Origin: an uncultured bacterium
GTDB taxonomy: Bacteria; Verrucomicrobiota; Verrucomicrobiia; Limisphaerales; UBA8199
DNA length: 64,000 bases
NCBI GenBank assembly: GCA_963749495.1
Contig: CAVVMW010000008.1
Span: 224,001 to 288,000 of the forward strand
Reading direction: 5' to 3'
Below, piece by piece: positions 1 to 9,400 of the stretch (positions are counted from its first letter, which is position 1; each line of letters opens with the position of its first letter). Under the pieces are notes generated by a model. It made no database searches. It saw only the letters and a program-made list of their open reading frames with translations, and had not been told where the DNA came from. The translations under genes were made by a program, and so were the position numbers.

Positions 1-1237
1 TGCAGCGGGTGCGGCCGGTGAAGCGGGCCGGGTTTTTCTTGCTGGGGCCCTCGACCAGGACCTCCACCTGCCGGCCGACAAAGGCCGCGTGGCGGCGCGC
101 GGCGATGCGGTTAATGGTGTCGAGCAGGCGCCGGTGCCGTTCCTCACGCAACGGCTGAGGCACCTGGCCGGGCATGAGGGCGGCGGGCGTGTCGCGGCGC
201 TCGGAATACTTGAAGACAAAGGCCTGGTCGAATTCCACTTCGCAGGCCAGGGAGAGGCTCTGCTCGAAGTCCTCCTCCGTCTCGCCGGGAAAGCCGACGA
301 TGAAATCGGTGCTCAGCCCGATGGCCGGGTGGGTGCGCCGGAGCTTTTCAACCAGGTCCAGGTAACGTTGGCGGGTGTAGCCGCGGTGCATGAGTTTGAG
401 GACGCGGTCGCTGCCGCTCTGGACCGGCAGGTGGGCGCTGGGGGCCAGCCTGGGCAGCCGCGCGTAGGCCGCCACCAGGTCGTCGCCATACCCCTTGGGG
501 TGGGGGGAAGTGAACCGGATGCGTTCGATGCCCTCGACGGCGTGAACGGCCTCGACCAACTGGACGAACGGGGATTTGCCGCCCAGCACCGGGAGGTCGC
601 GCTTGCCGTAGCTGGTGACGATTTGGCCCAGCAGGGTGATCTCCTTGACCCCGCGCGCCGCCAACTCCCGGCACTCGCCGACAACGTCCGCGATGGCCCG
701 GCTGCGCTCCGGGCCGCGTGTGTAGGGGACGGTGCAGAAGGTGCAGTACTGGTTGCACCCCTGCATGATGCTGACGAAGGCGCTGACTGATTTTCTGCCG
801 TTGCCCTCCAGGAGGTGCTCGCGGATCGCCGCCTCGCTCCCCTGCTCCGGGGCCACGTCCACCACCGCGCCGCAACGCCCGCCCAGGATGTCATCGAGGT
901 GATCCGCAGTCCGATGGAATTTCTGCGTCCCGACCACCAGGTCGACGTCCGGCAAACGGTCCAGCAGTTCCTGGCCGCGGCTTTGAGCCATGCACCCCAG
1001 GAAACCGAGCACGACCTTGGAGCGGCGCCGGCGCAACTCGGCGATGACGTTCTCCATCTTGCGCAGGGCCTTTTGCTCCGCCAAATCCCGCACGCTGCAG
1101 GTGTTGAGCAGGATGACATCCGCGCTCGATTCCTCGCCCGCCAGGGTGTAGCCCCGCGCCACGAGCTGCGCCGCCACCGCCTCGCTGTCGCGCTCGTTCA
1201 TCTGGCACCCGTAAGTCTTGATATAAACACTCGGCAT
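1..1237 (-). CDS. miaB: tRNA-2-methylthio-N6-dimethylallyladenosine synthase MiaB (3' end runs off the window)
   Basis: Own translation from ATG at 1237: MPSVYIKTYGCQMNERDSE..LLNTCSVR..GFLGCMAQ..SIMQGCNQYCTFCTVP (radical SAM CxxxCxxC)..HLPVQSGS..STDFIVGFPGET. Absent from the ORF track because there is no stop inside the window. Confidence 0.93.
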   Translation of the reverse strand, partial: MPSVYIKTYGCQMNERDSEAVAAQLVARGYTLAGEESSADVILLNTCSVRDLAEQKALRKMENVIAELRRRRSKVVLGFLGCMAQSRGQELLDRLPDVDLVVGTQKFHRTADHLDDILGGRCGAVVDVAPEQGSEAAIREHLLEGNGRKSVSAFVSIMQGCNQYCTFCTVPYTRGPERSRAIADVVGECRELAARGVKEITLLGQIVTSYGKRDLPVLGGKSPFVQLVEAVHAVEGIERIRFTSPHPKGYGDDLVAAYARLPRLAPSAHLPVQSGSDRVLKLMHRGYTRQRYLDLVEKLRRTHPAIGLSTDFIVGFPGETEEDFEQSLSLACEVEFDQAFVFKYSERRDTPAALMPGQVPQPLREERHRRLLDTINRIAARRHAAFVGRQVEVLVEGPSKKNPARFTGRTRC

Positions 1238-1295
1238 CTCTGACAAACGCCGAGCAAGTTACGCTACCGCCCCCGCCTTGAAAAGGCGGAAACCG

Positions 1296-1410
1296 TGACG
1301 AATGACGAATGACGAATGACGAATGACGAATCACAGAACTGCCTCGGGCAGACCTGCGTCCCTTGTGTCCCTCATATTCGTCATTCGTCATTCGTCATTC
1401 GTCATTCGTC
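1296..1410. repeat. Inverted pair of heptamer arrays (TGACGAA)5 ... (ATTCGTC)5
   Basis: Arrays at 1296-1330 and 1376-1410 are reverse complements. The stop codon of the GIY-YIG gene lies inside the second array. Confidence 0.95.
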
Positions 1411-2165
1411 CCTTTTGTCCCTCCGCGTGATTTGAACCCGCCCGCAACTGTCTCGAGGTCCGCTTCCTGGACGGCCCGCTCGAAGGGCCGGCTTGCGAGC
1501 GAGGCCCCGGCCCGAATCCATTCGGCAAACTCATCCGCCCGGCCGCCCAGGAGCGCGCCCAGCCAAGCCTCTGCCTCCTTGAAGTGGGCCCGCGCCGCCT
1601 TGTGGCGCCGCAGGCTGGCGGTCGGGCCGTGCCGGCCCTGGAACCAGCCCGCTGGCATCCCGGCCAGGCCCCGCTGCGGTTGAAGGGCGCACCACAGCAG
1701 CCGCGCCAGGGCCGCGCGCACAGGGACTGCCCCCGCTCCCAAAGGACCATGACACTGCCAGCCCTCCTCGGGTGCGGGCAGCACCGCCAAATCCAGCCCT
1801 TGCTCGGTCTGGCGCCAGGCCAGGAACCGCGCCGGCCCGGGCCATGTCCCCGCCCGGTTGAAGCGCGGACGCAAGCTCCTGAGCAACTCGGATTCACGCG
1901 CCAGGGCGCCGGCCTCGTCGGGACAGGCCTCCAGCTCGATGCTGGCGACGGCGCGGAGCAAGCGGAGGTGCCGGCGGGCCAGCCGGTCCGGGTTGGCCAC
2001 CCGGTAGCTCCCCAGCCGCCTCCGCAGGTTCCTGGCTTTGCCCACGTAGAGCACCGTCCCGGCTGCATCGCGCATCAGGTACACGCCCGGACCCTCGGGC
2101 GCCTTGAGGAAAAACTCCCTTCCCAACCGCTCGACCAGCGGACGCGGGTCCGGAAAGAGAAGCAT
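1395..2165 (-). CDS. GIY-YIG nuclease domain protein (UvrC N-terminal-like)
   Basis: APEGPGVYLMRD..VLYVGKARNLRRRLGSY..ALARESELLRSLRPRFN. Probable start is ATG 2165 or GTG 2174. Confidence 0.85.
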   Translation of the reverse strand: MLLFPDPRPLVERLGREFFLKAPEGPGVYLMRDAAGTVLYVGKARNLRRRLGSYRVANPDRLARRHLRLLRAVASIELEACPDEAGALARESELLRSLRPRFNRAGTWPGPARFLAWRQTEQGLDLAVLPAPEEGWQCHGPLGAGAVPVRAALARLLWCALQPQRGLAGMPAGWFQGRHGPTASLRRHKAARAHFKEAEAWLGALLGGRADEFAEWIRAGASLASRPFERAVQEADLETVAGGFKSRGGTKGTNDE

Positions 2166-2274
2166 TTGAGCCACGGCGGGATTCTTAGCACGCTTTGAGG
2201 CGGGTGCCAAACGCGACGTTGTGAAAGTTAGACTCCGCGGTGTAATTGCGTAAACTGTAGGAGGACGAAGGACT

Positions 2275-4614
2275 ATGCGAACGCAACAGACCATGGAAGG
2301 CCACCCGGATGCCCAGCCGCGGCCGCCGCGCAACGTGACCGAGCTCCGGGTGGCTGGGATGACGTGCGGGCACTGTGCCCAGCGCGTGACCCAGGCCATT
2401 CAGAGCGTGGCCGGCGTACACAGCGCGACCGTCAGCCTCGAATCCGGCGCGGCGCACGTCCGCTGGCAGCCGCAGGCCAACCTGGACGCGCAGGCGGTCA
2501 TCCGGGCCATCGGAGAGGCCGGCTACCGGGCCGGTGTGGTCGAGAAGGCCGCCCAGGATACCGGGGAGCGGAAGCTGGCGGGCTGGCAGCTCAATTTGTG
2601 GATCGGGGTGCTGGGGGCCTTGCCGTTGATGGTTGGGGAGTGGGTCCTGGGGCTGGGAATGAGACCCTGGTTTGGCTGGTTTTCGTTTGTGCTGGCGGGC
2701 ATCGTCCAGATCTTTGCCGGGGCGCGCTTTTACCAGGGGGCCTGGATGCAACTCAAGGCGGGCGCTGCGAACATGGACTTGCTGGTGGCCCTGGGCTCGA
2801 CCACGGCCTTCGGCTACAGCACTTGGGCGTTGTTCAGCGGCCAGGGCAGCCACCTCTATTTCATGGAGGCGGCCTCGATCATCGCGCTCATCAGCGTGGG
2901 ACACTGGCTGGAGTCGCGGGTGAGCGTGCGGGCCTCCGACGCCCTCCGGGGCTTGCTGGACTTGGCCCCGGCGATGGCGCGCCGGCTCGGCCAGGATGGG
3001 CGCGAGAGTGAGGTCCCGGTGGCCGAACTGGAGGCCGGCGGCCTCGTCGTGCTGCGTCCGGGCGACCGGGTGCCGACCGACGGCCAGGTAGTCGAGGGCG
3101 ATTCGGCGGTGGACGAATCGATGCTGACGGGCGAATCGACCCCGCAGGACAAGACGGTCGGCAGCCCGCTCTATGCCGGCACGGTGAATATCAACGGGCG
3201 GCTGCTCATGCGTGTGACCGCCACCGGCCAGGAGACCGCCCTGGCGCACATCATCGAGGCCGTCCAACGCGCCCAGACCAGCCGCGCCCGCATCCAGCGC
3301 CTGGGCGATCGCGTCAGCAGCATCTTCGTGCCGGCGGTCGTTGCCGTGGCAGCGGCGGCCGGTTTATGGTGGGGCCTGGCCCCGGCCGCGGCGAGCGCTG
3401 CCCATGCCTGGCTGGGGCGCCTCATCTGGGTCGCAACGCCGCCTGCGGACCCGCTGGCCGCGGCCATCATCATCGCCGCCGCAGTGCTGATCATCGCTTG
3501 CCCATGCGCCATGGGCCTGGCGACGCCGGCAGCCATCATGGCCGGTTCGAATGCCGCCGCCCAGCGCGGCATTCTCATCCGCGACGGCATTGCGCTGGAA
3601 AAGGCGGGCGAGGTCACCGCCGTGCTTTTCGACAAGACCGGCACCCTGACCGCAGGTAAACCGGAGGTGGCCGCGGTGATCGCAGTCCACAGTCCACAGT
3701 CCACGGTCCACAGTCGGGGCGTCGGGACGGATCATTCGTCATTCGTCATTCGTCATTCGTCATTCGTCACCCTGGCCGCCGGGCTGGCGACGCATTCGAC
3801 GCACCCGCTCAGCCAGGCCATCGCCCGGCTCGAGGCCGAGCCGGCCCGGCTCGATCAATGGGAAGAGGTCCGCGGGGCGGGCGTCAAGGGGACGCTGTCC
3901 GGGACGCAGCAGACGGCGCGCCTGGGGTCGTTGCGTTGGCTGGAGGAGTCCGGGGTGGACCTGGCCCCGGGCCGGGCGTTCGTCGAGGAGTGGTCGGCCC
4001 TGGGAGCGACAATTCTTGGCGTGGCGGTGGACCACACGCTGGCGGGGTTGTTCGCCGTGAAAGACACGCTGAAACCGGGCGCTCGCCAGGTCGTCGAGCA
4101 ACTCCATCGGCAAGGGCTCAAGACCTGGCTGGTTACGGGGGACAATGTGCTGACGGCGTCGAGCATTGCCAGGCAGGCGGGGATCGCGGCCGAGAATGTC
4201 TTTGGTGAGGTCAGTCCCGAGCAGAAGGCGGAACTGGTCAGGCGCCTGCAGGGCCAGGGCGAGCGGGTCGCATTCGTGGGGGACGGCATCAATGACGCCC
4301 CGGCGCTGGCGCAGGCGGACCTGGGCATCGCCGTCAGCCGGGCCAGCGACGTGGCGCGCGAGGCGGCCGACCTTATCCTGCTCCGGTCGGGAATTGAGGC
4401 GGTGCCGGAGGGGTTGGGCCTGGCGCGCGCAACGCTGCGCACCATCAAGCAAAACCTCTTCTGGGCCTTTTTCTATAACGCCATCGGCATCCCCCTGGCG
4501 GCCTTGGGTTTCATGAGCCCGATCCTCTGCGCCGCCGCCATGGGGCTGTCCGACCTGGTCGTCATCGGCAATGCCCTGCGCCTGCGGCGATGGAGGCTGC
4601 GGCCCGGAGCCTGA
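2275..4614 (+). CDS. copA: Heavy-metal (Cu+-type) translocating P1B-type ATPase
   Basis: HMA motif GMTCGHC, plus TGES, CPC, DKTGTLT, HPL, GDGINDAP and YN..P/M..S transmembrane motifs. Carries an in-frame heptamer insert at 3683-3769. Confidence 0.9.
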   Translation: MRTQQTMEGHPDAQPRPPRNVTELRVAGMTCGHCAQRVTQAIQSVAGVHSATVSLESGAAHVRWQPQANLDAQAVIRAIGEAGYRAGVVEKAAQDTGERKLAGWQLNLWIGVLGALPLMVGEWVLGLGMRPWFGWFSFVLAGIVQIFAGARFYQGAWMQLKAGAANMDLLVALGSTTAFGYSTWALFSGQGSHLYFMEAASIIALISVGHWLESRVSVRASDALRGLLDLAPAMARRLGQDGRESEVPVAELEAGGLVVLRPGDRVPTDGQVVEGDSAVDESMLTGESTPQDKTVGSPLYAGTVNINGRLLMRVTATGQETALAHIIEAVQRAQTSRARIQRLGDRVSSIFVPAVVAVAAAAGLWWGLAPAAASAAHAWLGRLIWVATPPADPLAAAIIIAAAVLIIACPCAMGLATPAAIMAGSNAAAQRGILIRDGIALEKAGEVTAVLFDKTGTLTAGKPEVAAVIAVHSPQSTVHSRGVGTDHSSFVIRHSSFVTLAAGLATHSTHPLSQAIARLEAEPARLDQWEEVRGAGVKGTLSGTQQTARLGSLRWLEESGVDLAPGRAFVEEWSALGATILGVAVDHTLAGLFAVKDTLKPGARQVVEQLHRQGLKTWLVTGDNVLTASSIARQAGIAAENVFGEVSPEQKAELVRRLQGQGERVAFVGDGINDAPALAQADLGIAVSRASDVAREAADLILLRSGIEAVPEGLGLARATLRTIKQNLFWAFFYNAIGIPLAALGFMSPILCAAAMGLSDLVVIGNALRLRRWRLRPGA
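3683..3769. repeat. In-frame heptamer arrays (CAGTCCA)n + (TCATTCG)5 inside copA
   Basis: Directly visible; translates as HSPQSTVHSRGVGTDHSSFVIRHSSFV. Confidence 0.92.
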
Positions 4615-4628
4615 GGGCGTTGCAGGCC

Positions 4629-4662
4629 GTCCGACCTGTCGGACCGGTCCGACCCGTCCGAC
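4629..4662. repeat. Degenerate 9-mer array (GTCCGACCN)n between convergent genes
   Basis: gtccgacct gtcggaccg gtccgaccc gtccgac. Confidence 0.7.
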
Positions 4663-4665
4663 TCT

Positions 4666-5148
4666 TCACGCCCCCTGCGAATTGGTCCGGGCCGGCATGA
4701 TCTGGGCGGGGCGCTCGTGAGGCGGTTGGGCGCGGCGGGGCTCGCGGCCGCGCTGCTGCTGTTGTTTCTGCAGGGCCTCCTGGAAGCGCGCCTGTTGTTC
4801 CGGGGTCAGCACGTCCCGGAAGGCCTGCTGTACCTTCTTGACCTCGTCCTGCAATTGCGGCCGCACGGGCTCCATGATCTTGCGCGTGCGTTCCTGGGCC
4901 TGGCGGAGGATGGCGTCGATGCGCTCGTTCTGCTGGGGTGTGAGGTTGAGTTCACGCTGCATGCGCCGCAGCAGTTCCAGGCGAAGGCCTCCCGGGGAGA
5001 AGGGCGGCTGGCCCGCGCGCGGGGCGAAGCCGCCATGCTGCGGGCGGACGTGGCGGGCCTGGTCCACGTGGTGGACCAACAGGCCCCCCGTGCCCACGCC
5101 GGCGCCGAAGATCACGACCGTGGCCAGGATGACTCGCCAGGAGTTCAC
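4666..5148 (-). CDS. Periplasmic Spy/CpxP/heavy-metal-sensor-like helical protein
   Basis: GTG start at 5148, N-terminal TM segment (WRVILATVVIFGAGVGTGGLL) and two LTPxQ repeats (LNLTPQQ, VLTPEQQ). Confidence 0.7.
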   Translation of the reverse strand: MNSWRVILATVVIFGAGVGTGGLLVHHVDQARHVRPQHGGFAPRAGQPPFSPGGLRLELLRRMQRELNLTPQQNERIDAILRQAQERTRKIMEPVRPQLQDEVKKVQQAFRDVLTPEQQARFQEALQKQQQQRGREPRRAQPPHERPAQIMPARTNSQGA

Positions 5149-5458
5149 AGGGGCAGGTCGGGGATTGTTCCGATTCTGCCGCTGCCAGGACGGTGTTCTC
5201 GAGGTCCTGGGAGAGGTCGTTGCCCGGCGGAGCGTATGCCGGGGAGAACCAACCCCATGCCGCCAGCACGAACATGACCGCCAAACACGGCGCGGCTGCG
5301 CGCCAGAGGGCCCTCGACCACGACTCCCAGGCATCGATCACGGGGCTAGCCCGGATTCGCGCCAGGATGCGCCGCTCGAAAGCGCTCGGGACGCCCTTGC
5401 TCGGGGGGTTCCCCCGGGCGGTCACGACCAGTTTTCGCTGCAATTCAGCCAAGTCCAT
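5145..5458 (-). CDS. Putative single-TM anti-sigma factor (1-nt frameshift near the 3' end)
   Basis: Lies downstream of the ECF sigma; VPSAFERRILARI followed by a TM helix. Adding one base in the run near 5160 gives a TGA overlapping the GTG of the next gene. Confidence 0.65.
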
Positions 5459-5513
5459 ACAACCTTTGGTTTTTTTAGACGCCCAGCCATCGACAGGGGT
5501 TACACCGGGCTGG

Positions 5514-6098
5514 TCATAGATACTTCTCTTTGGTCATTCTGGCCAGGATCTTGCGCATCTCGGCGCGGGCCCGGAAGGCGCGGACCTTGACCAGGGGCAC
5601 CGACCACCCGGTGAGGGCGGCGATTTCCTTGACGGCGCGTTCCTCGATCTCCAGCAGCGTGATGACCAGCCGCGCGGGCGGCGAGAGTTGCTCGAGCACC
5701 CGCCCGACCAATTGCCGCGCCGCCTCGGCATCCTCGACGGCCGAAGACGGCTGGCTCACAAACCGTTCCAGCCAATCCTGCTCGGACTCCGAGAGGTCCG
5801 TGAACGTGGCCTCCCGGTTGCGCCGATGGCTGCGCAGGGCATCGTAGCAGGTCCGCACCGCCAGCCGCATCAACCAATGCTCGAACGGCGCCTCGCCCCG
5901 AAAACTGCCCAGCTTCTGGAAGGCCTTCACCCACACCTCCTGCACGATGTCCTCGACCTCGCTCTCCCGCCGCGCGTAGCGCCGGGCCGTCGCGAAAAGC
6001 CGGGGCGAATACCGCCCCACCAAAGGCTCGAAGCTGGCAGTGTCACCTTGCAACACTGCGGCTATCAGCTCCGCTTCGGTCGGTTCCATCTGCCGCAA
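5514..6098 (-). CDS. ECF (sigma-70 family) RNA polymerase sigma factor
   Basis: Region 2 EDIVQEVWVKAF..FEHWLMRLAVRTCYD; region 4 KEIAALTGWSVPLVKVRAFRAR. Confidence 0.92.
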   Translation of the reverse strand: MRQMEPTEAELIAAVLQGDTASFEPLVGRYSPRLFATARRYARRESEVEDIVQEVWVKAFQKLGSFRGEAPFEHWLMRLAVRTCYDALRSHRRNREATFTDLSESEQDWLERFVSQPSSAVEDAEAARQLVGRVLEQLSPPARLVITLLEIEERAVKEIAALTGWSVPLVKVRAFRARAEMRKILARMTKEKYL

Positions 6099-6196
6099 TA
6101 TGCCAAATCCACTCCGGCAAAGTCAAAAGGCCAAGGGATTAAAAGACCACGGGGGGCGCAGCTTGACAGTACCACCACTCGCGAACGCCTAAGGCT

Positions 6197-6359
6197 CGGA
6201 GCGCGGACTTTAGCCCGCTTATGGCGTCGGCCGGTTGGGCCGGCTCGGGTGTCTTCCAAGGCCGGCCCTCCTTCCGGTTCTTTGAGCTTCGAACACCCCA
6301 GCCAGATCGGGCCTGTGGTGGCTCTCGGGCGGTCTAAGCGGACTAAAGTCCGCGCTCCG
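6197..6359. repeat. REPIN-like inverted REP pair (GGAG-foot hairpins)
   Basis: CGGAGCGCGGACTTTAGCCCGCTTA (6197-6221) and its near reverse complement at 6335-6359. Confidence 0.85.
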
Positions 6360-6443
6360 GTCGTACTGTGAGGCTACGCCCGACCAAGAGACAAAAGGGA
6401 CCGAAGACACAAAGGGGAGCATCGGTTGGGCTGGGACACCACA

Positions 6444-6707
6444 TTAGCCGGTTTTTGGCCCCGCGCTGCCAAAGGTCTTTTCGAAGTCCGCGGAGAACTT
6501 GGTCAGGGCGCCGGCGATCTTGGGCGGCTGCTCGACCAGCGTGACGATCATCCGTTCGGCCATTTGGGGCTTGGTGCGGAGCAACTCGATCGCCGCGACC
6601 ATGAGCGAGAGGCGGTTGTTGATGTCGTGGCGCAAGGTGGAGAGCATCTGGTTGAGCTCGGCCACCTGCTCGGCGGTCAGATTCACAGGTCAACTTGGCA
6701 GTGCCAT
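6444..6707 (-). CDS. Small stand-alone HisKA/DHp-like protein (in-frame TGA at codon 6, or GTG start at 6686)
   Basis: LRHDINNRLSLM resembles an H-box. ATG 6707 reads MALPS*PVNL with TGA at 6690-6692. Confidence 0.65.
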
Positions 6708-6800
6708 TACCAACAATGCCCCGAAAGGTGCCCGGGAGGCAAGCGGGTTTCCACCAAGTTTTCATGTCCTTTTGCGCCGGCTTGTGGCAAATCACCCCGG

Positions 6801-7877
6801 ATGCACCTGGCTCATCTGCGCCTGCGCGACTTCCGCAACTATGCGCGGCTGGACCTGGACTTTGCCCCCGGGTTCCACCTGCTGCTGGGGGACAATGCCC
6901 AGGGCAAGACCAACGTGCTGGAGGCGATCTATCTGATCGCCACGCTCCGCTCCTTTCGCGGGGCAGGGGGCGGCCAGATGGTCCGCCACGGCCAGGCGGG
7001 CTACTTCGTGGGCGGGCACGTCGTGGGCCAGGGCGAGCACGAGGTGAAGCTCTATTGGTCGGCGCGGGAGCGCAGCCTCAACCTGGACAGTCGGCCCGTG
7101 CGCCGGCTCACCGATTACCTGGGCGTGCTGCGGACGGTTGTCTTTTGCACCGAAGACCTCCAACTGGTCAAAGGGCCCGGGGCGGGCCGCCGGCGCTTTC
7201 TGGACCTGCTGCTGTCGCAAACGCACGCGGCCTATCTGCCGCTGCTCCAACGCTACACCCGCGCCCTGCGTGCCCGCAACGCCCTGCTCAAGCAACCGGT
7301 GCTCGACCCCGCGGCCCTCGATGGATTCTCCAGCGAACTCATCGCCGCCGGCCAGGTCATCAACCGGCTGCGCCGCGAACTGGCGCCCACGTTGGGCCCG
7401 CTCGTCCGGCTGGCCTATGGCGGCATCTGCCATGGAGCCGAGGAGCTTCGCCTCGAATACCAACCCGGCGTCAAGCAGGACTATGCGGTCGAGTTGGCCC
7501 AATCCCGGCCGCGGGAGCGCGCCTGCCGGACCACACTCATCGGGCCGCATCGCGACGAGGTGCAATTGCTGCTGGACGACCGCCCCGCCGCCCAGTTCGG
7601 CAGCGAAGGCCAAAAACGCACGCTGGCCATCGCCCTCAAGCTGGCCCAGGCCCAGTACCTCACCGGCCTTTACGGCGCCCCGCCCATCCTGCTCATCAAT
7701 GACATCATGGGCGAACTGGACGTGAAGCGGCGCAGCGGGTTCGTGCCCCTGCTCGAACGCGCCCACCAGTCGCGAGGCCAGGTCTTCATGACCGCAACCG
7801 AGCAGGACTGGCCCCAGGATTTGGGCCGTGACTGCCAGCTCTGGCACGTCGTGGCCGGCGCCTTGCGCAGGGCGTAG
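6801..7877 (+). CDS. recF: DNA replication/repair protein RecF
   Basis: LRDFRNY, Walker A GDNAQGKTNVLEAI, SFR, RRRFLD, GPHRD, SEGQKR. Walker B reads LLINDIMGELD where DD is expected. Confidence 0.95.
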   Translation: MHLAHLRLRDFRNYARLDLDFAPGFHLLLGDNAQGKTNVLEAIYLIATLRSFRGAGGGQMVRHGQAGYFVGGHVVGQGEHEVKLYWSARERSLNLDSRPVRRLTDYLGVLRTVVFCTEDLQLVKGPGAGRRRFLDLLLSQTHAAYLPLLQRYTRALRARNALLKQPVLDPAALDGFSSELIAAGQVINRLRRELAPTLGPLVRLAYGGICHGAEELRLEYQPGVKQDYAVELAQSRPRERACRTTLIGPHRDEVQLLLDDRPAAQFGSEGQKRTLAIALKLAQAQYLTGLYGAPPILLINDIMGELDVKRRSGFVPLLERAHQSRGQVFMTATEQDWPQDLGRDCQLWHVVAGALRRA

Positions 7878-7905
7878 GGGGGGGCGGGGGCGGAAGGGGT
7901 GGCAT

Positions 7906-8124
7906 GGGCGCATCTCACCTTTGTCGAGCCCGCCCGAACAGGGCGATCGGAGTGCGCGTCCGAAGTCGCGAAGCGTTTTGGACTGCGGCAGTCCTCTGCC
8001 GCTTTTCGGACCCTGGGGACGCGAAAGCGCCAGAGGACTGGCGCAGTCCAAAACCTTGCGGGCTTCCCAGCGCCGCGCTCCAATTGTGCGTCTTGCCGAA
8101 CGCCGACAAAGGGGAGATGCGCCC
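7906..8124. repeat. Nested palindromic element: outer 21-bp inverted repeat enclosing a ~90-bp REPIN
   Basis: Outer IR 7906-7926 / 8104-8124 (1 mismatch). The inner 7967-8056 segment recurs at 30157-30246. Confidence 0.88.
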
Positions 8125-8185
8125 GACCGGCATCCTGACACCGTTTTGCCCTTTACCGACCGGGGCGCGCCACTACATTGCAGGC

Positions 8186-9255
8186 ATGCGCGAACAATCA
8201 CTGGAATTCCTCAGAACTCTGGTCAACACGCCCAGCCCGGTCGGCCACGAGGTCCGGGGCCAGCGGGTCTGGCTGGATTACGCGGGGCAATTTGCCGACG
8301 AGACGTTCTCCGATGCCTACGGCAATTGCGTGGCAGTGCTCAACAAGGGAGGCTCGCCGCGGCTGATGATGGCCGGTCATGCCGACGAGATTGCGATGGC
8401 TGTCAGTTACATCACCGACGAAGGTTATGTCTATGTGCGCAAGATGGGCGGGGTGGACGCAGCCATCACGCGGGCCCAGCGGGTCCTGATCCACTCGCGC
8501 AACGGTCCGGTCAAGGGCGTGGTGGGCAATGTGGCCCCGCATCTGCGCAAGGGCGATGAGGAGCCCAAGCCGCCCAAGATCCACGACCTGTTCATCGACC
8601 TGGGGGTGAGCAGCCGCAAAGAGGCCGAGAAGCTGGTGCAAATAGGCGACCCCATCACGTTGAGCGACCAATTCGACGTGCTGCGGGAGGACCTGGTCAT
8701 AGCGCGGGCCTTCGACAACCGGGTCGGCACCTTTGCCGTGGCGGAGGCGTTGCGCTTGCTCAAGGAGGGCCGGAGCCGCTCGCCGCCGAGGTCTGCGCCG
8801 TCTCGAACGTGCAGGAGGAAGTCGGCCTGCTGGGCGCCCGGCAGATAGCCTATTCCCTCAAGCCGGACGTGGCGCTGGTGGTGGACGTGACGCACGCGAC
8901 GGATTATCCGACGGTGAGCAAGATGCAGCACGGCGAGGTCAAGATTGGGGGCGGTCCCACCCTCACGCGCGGCGGCTGCAACCACCCCGAGGTCGTCGCC
9001 CGCATCGAAGCCCTGGCCAAGGCCAAACGCATCCCCCTGCAGCACGAAGCCATGTCCAACAGCAGCGGCACCGACACCGACGCCATCTTCTGCACCAGAG
9101 GCGGCATCGCCAGCGCCCTCATCTCCTTGCCCAACCGCTACATGCACTCCCCGGTCGAACTGATCAGCCTCAAAGACCTCGGGATGATTCCCCAACTCCT
9201 TGCCGCATTCGCCGCCTCCCTGAAAAAGGGGGAGCAGTTCAAGGTGAGGATCTAG
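8186..9255 (+). CDS. M42 family metallopeptidase (frameshift near 8775)
   Basis: PSPVGHE, AGHADEI, MGG, ARAFDNRVG; then in the next frame VQEEVGLLGA, VDVT, GTDT, NRYMHSPVE. Confidence 0.9.
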
Positions 9256-9258
9256 TTG

Positions 9259-9400
9259 GAGCCTGTTCCAAAGGCTCTGATTCCGGACCTTTGTCGCGAC
9301 CTTTGTCGCGACCTTTGTCGAGACATGGCCAATCCGACAAAGGTCCCGACAAAGGCTGCGACGAAGGTCCCCCACTCGCGGGGTCTTTGGGGACAGGCTC
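9259..9400. mobile_element. MITE-like element with GAGCCTGT terminal inverted repeats and an internal palindromic 12-mer array
   Basis: GAGCCTGTTCCAAAG (9259-9273) / CTTTGGGGACAGGCTC (9385-9400); internal (CTTTGTCGCGAC)n ... (CGACAAAGG..)n. Confidence 0.65.
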
